Source: an uncultured Methanospirillum sp. (GTDB taxonomy: Archaea > Halobacteriota > Methanomicrobia > Methanomicrobiales > Methanospirillaceae). Taken from it: a DNA stretch of 20,000 nucleotides. The position numbers and the translations under genes were made by a program. The stretch is taken from assembly GCA_964637135.1 (NCBI GenBank), contig CAZWTX010000010.1, positions 59,772 through 79,771 of the forward strand, in the 5' to 3' direction. Below are positions 16,034-20,000 of this stretch, piece after piece (position 1 is the stretch's first letter; every line of letters begins with the position of its first letter). The notes under the pieces are model-generated. The model was given only the letters and a program-made list of their open reading frames with translations. It did not search any database and had not been told where the DNA came from.

Positions 16034-16225
16034 TCAGACCTTACCAAGAGCCTTGCGGCCGGCAAATGTCCACCGGACGCGCCGGGGAATCCTGCCGAGG
16101 CGGTAATTCTTCTGGCACTTCGTGCTGCAGAAGTAATAGATACTGCCATCTTTGCGGACGAACATCTTCCCGGTTCCGGGTTCCATCGTTTCCCCGCAGA
16201 AGGTGCAGACATGTGTATCAATCAT
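16034..16225 (-). CDS. rpl24e: 50S ribosomal protein L24e
   Basis: CTFCG...[13 protein letters not shown]...FCSTKC...PRRVRWT. Confidence 0.97.
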   Translation of the reverse strand: MIDTHVCTFCGETMEPGTGKMFVRKDGSIYYFCSTKCQKNYRLGRIPRRVRWTFAGRKALGKV

Positions 16226-16230
16226 GCTTT

Positions 16231-16437
16231 TTACCTCCGGGAGAGCTTCTTTGCCTCACGTTCGGTTTCAAGGAGCATCAGGACATCACCCTCACGGATC
16301 GGACCAACCGTGTTCCGGGTGATGATACGCCCCTTGTTCGGGCCGTCGAGGATACGGCACTTGACCTGCATAGCTTCTCCATGCATTCCGGTCGAACCGA
16401 TCACCTCGATTACTTCAGCGGGCGTTGCGTCAGACAT
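16231..16437 (-). CDS. rps28e: 30S ribosomal protein S28e
   Basis: [25 protein letters not shown]...[25 protein letters not shown] at 16437 with GAGG RBS. Confidence 0.97.
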   Translation of the reverse strand: MSDATPAEVIEVIGSTGMHGEAMQVKCRILDGPNKGRIITRNTVGPIREGDVLMLLETEREAKKLSRR

Positions 16438-16442
16438 AATCC

Positions 16443-16811
16443 TCACTCAGTTTTGAGCGCGGTGATCTGGCCGGCAATCTCATCGATGAGTTCTTTTGCC
16501 TTGCCCGGTTTGACGACGGCTGCAGCAGCAGAACCGACTTCAAGACCACATGCAGCCCCGATATCATTCTGTTTTGATATGAACAGGTAGGGAACCTTCT
16601 TCTCATCGCAGAGCGGTCCAAGGTGCATCACGATCTCGGCCGGCTCAACGTCCCCGCCGATAATAACCAGTTGTGCGATCCCGCGCTCGATGGCCTTGGT
16701 GGCCTCATTTGACCCTTTCTTGATTTTTCCGGTCTCACGTGCTGACTCAACAGCCTCAAGAGCCTTGTTCTGAATTTCTTCAGAAACTTCAAAGGTAACG
16801 TAGTTTGCCAT
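16443..16811 (-). CDS. rpl7ae: 50S ribosomal protein L7Ae
   Basis: [47 protein letters not shown] at 16816-16822. Confidence 0.98.
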   Translation of the reverse strand: MANYVTFEVSEEIQNKALEAVESARETGKIKKGSNEATKAIERGIAQLVIIGGDVEPAEIVMHLGPLCDEKKVPYLFISKQNDIGAACGLEVGSAAAAVVKPGKAKELIDEIAGQITALKTE

Positions 16812-16815
16812 GAAT

Positions 16816-16877
16816 TCACCTCATTCAGGAGAGCAGCAGACTCTCCGTCATCACTCATCAGTTAGATGACGAATGTG
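16816..16877 (-). promoter_or_regulatory. rpl7ae 5' UTR with box C/D-type kink-turn (probable L7Ae autoregulatory site)
   Basis: mRNA reads GUGAUGA (box C, 16854-16848) C GGAGAG-UCUGCUG-CUCUC CUGA (box D, 16828-16825), next to SD GAGGUGA. TATA-like TTTATT at 16907-16902. Confidence 0.7.
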
Positions 16878-16956
16878 CCATATTACTTCCATCTAAAAAC
16901 CAATAAAGGTTCTTAAGACGGGGGGGATGGTTCATGACAACAGGGAGAACAGAGGA

Positions 16957-19038
16957 CTATTCCTCAATCCCATAAACCGTGACCGAACCTTCAGAATACA
17001 CCGGTATGAGACCGGTTGAGGGGAGGCGAACATCATATGACTCTCGTTCGGTCTCCCCCACATACAGGAGATCTACCACGTATTTTTTCATCAGGGAGAT
17101 CGTTCGTTCAGGTTGTTCGTAGATTGCACGGACATCCATCGCACGTTCCCCGTACCATCCAGGGGGGGTATCTCCCCGCCACATGTACTCATGAAACTGC
17201 CAGCCGAGTACTGACGGGATACCGGTCATCGATGATATCCGTCCATGATAGGAATAATCTGCACCAACTGCTTCAACGATGACATGGGATCCTGAAAGGG
17301 CTCTGATATACGAAATACCCCGGTCATCATCCGGATGCTGCCCGGCTAACCATGCCTGACCATCCAGTGTCGGAGTATGGGAGCCCCCGTTACCTGCCGC
17401 AACCAGAGCAGGGATCACGAGGAGCAGGATCAAGACGGATGCTGTGAGAATAGTACCACATCTCGTCCGATCTGGTGCTGCCAGGTCACCTGCCTCCCTC
17501 CCTGCCATTACAGCCGCCCCTGTTCCGAGAAGCAGCCAGGCACCGATATAGAGTTTAAAGACAGTATTCATCCGGTAATATGACTCCCCCATGTTATCAG
17601 CCAGGTATACCAGTTCCACGAGGACAAGAATGAACAGACCGGCACCGGCAAGGAGGTCTGCCGTATCCCTGCGCCTGATACCAAGCCACACGAGCGGAAG
17701 AAGTGCACAGGATGCAACCGGGTACCCAAGCAGAGAACCGGGAATGGCAAGAAGAACCACCCAGGGATACCTGATGATCTCCCGCCTGAGAGAGATGACC
17801 AGGACGAGGAAAAACCAGCCATGTACCAGGAAAAATGGAATAATCGGAGAGGGGTCATGGACAAGTCCGATACCTTCGATACTCTGTGTCTGCATGCCCA
17901 GGATGATTGGCATGGCAACCAGGAAGGAGATCAATGGAACAAATACCAGGTAGAGAAGGGCATCACGCTGCTGTCCGGTCCGGGCAATCATCCGGAAAAG
18001 GAAAAGCTTAGCCAAACCCGTCCCGGATGGTTCCTGAACCGGACAGCCGTTCCGGTCTGACCGGTTCATCCAGACGAGAATAATTCCCGCTACCACGATC
18101 AACGGTGCCCAGATGAGGATATCCCATGAATTCATAACCGGCACTGATGCCAGGAAAGGGATGGTGGCAGCAGCCAGGGTGAGACGCCCCCGGTGATCCA
18201 GTCGCACCCAGCAGGTCAGGGCAGCCGTTACGAGGAGGATCAGGGAGGTCTGGGGTATCATTCCGAGGACATGGGCATGCACATCTCCAAAGAGAAAGGA
18301 GAAAAGCGGATATTCATTAATGGTGCCAGGAATGACCCGGGTACTATTCCACAGAAGCATCGTTCCGGGTGTTCCGGCATAATAATTCACTAAAAATGCA
18401 GGATTTATGGCAAATAACGCGATCACCGGAAGGAGGGCAAACCGGTTGAGAAGGATCCTGCCGGTGGCATACAGGCTTACAGCGGTAATGGACGCAACCG
18501 TGGGAAGGGCGAGGGTAAAAACATATTCCGACGGTATACCGGCAGTCAGACCAAGCATCGCAAGCATCCAGTGACCAAGATAATAGTATACCTCAAGGGT
18601 TCCTCCGGCAAACCAGGGATCGAGCGGGGGAACTACCGGGGAATGCATAATAGATGCGATGAAGGCATGATCCATGAACTTCTCAGCCCCGGTAATATCC
18701 GGGGCAGAGAGTCTGAACAGCAGCATTACAGAAAAAACAAGGAAGAATAATGCATAGTAATCCCACCCATCCTTTAGATCAGGGATGATCTGGCCTCGGT
18801 ACCTGTACAGGAAGAAGACAACCGGGACGAGGAAGAAAAAAACCGCTGCCATCGGGAAGATACCGGCCAGGGTGAGGAACCAGGTGAGGAACATGTAGCA
18901 TACCAGGCCGAGAGAGAACGATACAGGAAGAGCAATGCGGGGAAGGGCCGATCGCAGGGGGAGATATGTGGACACCTGGAGAAAAAAAAAGACAATGAGC
19001 CATGCCATGATTGCGAGATATTCGGGAGATGACATCAT
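16957..19038 (-). CDS. DUF2298 / 'YYY' polytopic membrane protein (putative GT-C glycosyltransferase)
   Basis: AEKFMDHAF, PPLDPWFAG, VYYYLGH, TINEYPLFSFLFGDVHAH, NSWD and RMNTVFKLY motifs; many TM helices. Confidence 0.85.
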   Translation of the reverse strand: MMSSPEYLAIMAWLIVFFFLQVSTYLPLRSALPRIALPVSFSLGLVCYMFLTWFLTLAGIFPMAAVFFFLVPVVFFLYRYRGQIIPDLKDGWDYYALFFLVFSVMLLFRLSAPDITGAEKFMDHAFIASIMHSPVVPPLDPWFAGGTLEVYYYLGHWMLAMLGLTAGIPSEYVFTLALPTVASITAVSLYATGRILLNRFALLPVIALFAINPAFLVNYYAGTPGTMLLWNSTRVIPGTINEYPLFSFLFGDVHAHVLGMIPQTSLILLVTAALTCWVRLDHRGRLTLAAATIPFLASVPVMNSWDILIWAPLIVVAGIILVWMNRSDRNGCPVQEPSGTGLAKLFLFRMIARTGQQRDALLYLVFVPLISFLVAMPIILGMQTQSIEGIGLVHDPSPIIPFFLVHGWFFLVLVISLRREIIRYPWVVLLAIPGSLLGYPVASCALLPLVWLGIRRRDTADLLAGAGLFILVLVELVYLADNMGESYYRMNTVFKLYIGAWLLLGTGAAVMAGREAGDLAAPDRTRCGTILTASVLILLLVIPALVAAGNGGSHTPTLDGQAWLAGQHPDDDRGISYIRALSGSHVIVEAVGADYSYHGRISSMTGIPSVLGWQFHEYMWRGDTPPGWYGERAMDVRAIYEQPERTISLMKKYVVDLLYVGETERESYDVRLPSTGLIPVYSEGSVTVYGIEE

Positions 19039-20000
19039 GGATGGCCGGCCTCATCTTCCTTTATACGGCGCCGGATGCTGGCCATGATCTCCGGGATTAC
19101 CCAGTTCCCAAAGTAAGGTATGGAGAGGGCACCACCAACGAGGGTGATGAGGTTTTTAATGAGGTGATCCATAACCGCGATTAGCGTTGCCACTGCCGGG
19201 GCAATGCCCGACAACTCGAATATCACTGCAAGGGTGACTTCATATGTCCCGATTCCTCCGGGTGTTACCGGAACAGCCTTTACCAGGTTACCTGCCACGA
19301 CGGCAAGGAGAACAACCGCGAACGGAATGGCCTGGCCGAACATATCACCAACTGCACAGCAGATGATCGTATCGAGAAGCCAGATACTCACGGAGGAGAA
19401 GAAGAGCACTGCGGCTGATACCGGGGTCAGCGAGGCACTCCTGATCTCGTCGAGCATCCGGAGAATCATGCCGAGGTACCGGTTTTCAGTAGTAAACCGG
19501 CCCATAAATACGAGAAATAGGAAAAAAATACCCCCAAGAACGAGTGGAAGGACGAGAAGGGGTATCATCCAGTCGGGGATGGACAGAACAAACAATACCG
19601 AAACCAGTCCGAGTACTGCCACGGTGATGATATCAAAGATTCGTTCCACCACGATGGATGAAACGCCCTGAGAGATCGTTGCCTGATACTCATGCCTGAT
19701 TAGGACAATCCTGATGAGATCGCCGAGACGGGCCGGGACCACGAGGTTCACCGTCTGGGAAAGAAAGATACAGGCAGTTGAATAGAAAACGGGAATCTGT
19801 ACCGAAAGCCGGGACAAAATGGCGCGATACCTCCATCCACGGCAGATCCAGGCAAGCAGGCAGATCAGTACCGCCGGGATAAGGTATACGGGTTCAATAT
19901 ACCTGAGTGCATCAATGAGATCATCCCAAACACGCCAGAGCATCCCACCAAGGAGAAGAGCGGCTATACTTACAGATAACAGGAGGGCAAAAATGTTACG
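19035..20000 (-). CDS. Flippase-like membrane protein (UPF0104 / LPG-synthase TM domain), 5' end outside the window
   Basis: RGWRY, NLVVPARLGDLIR, VVERIFD and PVTPGGIGTYE motifs. The frame stays open from 19943 to the window edge (RNIFALLLSVSIAALLLGG). Confidence 0.88.
   Translation of the reverse strand, partial: RNIFALLLSVSIAALLLGGMLWRVWDDLIDALRYIEPVYLIPAVLICLLAWICRGWRYRAILSRLSVQIPVFYSTACIFLSQTVNLVVPARLGDLIRIVLIRHEYQATISQGVSSIVVERIFDIITVAVLGLVSVLFVLSIPDWMIPLLVLPLVLGGIFFLFLVFMGRFTTENRYLGMILRMLDEIRSASLTPVSAAVLFFSSVSIWLLDTIICCAVGDMFGQAIPFAVVLLAVVAGNLVKAVPVTPGGIGTYEVTLAVIFELSGIAPAVATLIAVMDHLIKNLITLVGGALSIPYFGNWVIPEIMASIRRRIKEDEAGHP

Noticed and set aside
16006..16590. 194-aa plus-strand ORF and other shadow ORFs across the window
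   Set aside because: They are antisense or off-frame to confidently identified genes, with no motifs of their own.

Overview
Gene-dense chromosomal region of a methanogenic archaeon. Gene content, archaeal promoters and the response-regulator families point to Methanomicrobiales, possibly Methanospirillum-like; this is an inference. In order it holds the end of a probable ACT-domain gene, DJ-1/PfpI, an AdoMetDC/SpeD-family pyruvoyl decarboxylase, a membrane-anchored secreted protein, thrC, a roadblock/LC7 + receiver pair, tRNA-Pro(GGG) (absent from the ORF track), a DUF89/ARMT1 phosphatase and NfeD + stomatin + receiver. It continues with a two-domain PPK2, a YkgJ-type Cys-cluster protein, a TrpP-like ECF transporter (S, A-A', T), another receiver, two TPR lipoproteins, the rpl7ae-rps28e-rpl24e-ndk operon and a DUF2298/flippase-like glycosylation pair. 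No mobile element or CRISPR array is visible. The most interesting signal is non-coding: the ~110-nt leader of the ECF operon (10459-10567) can be drawn by hand in two mutually exclusive folds, one freeing and one sequestering the RBS, and it carries a 21-codon uORF. It is a candidate archaeal riboswitch or translational attenuator. Also notable are a box C/D-type k-turn in the rpl7ae 5' UTR, a hairpin directly before thrC, and a nested inverted-repeat structure in the long intergenic region upstream of speD.
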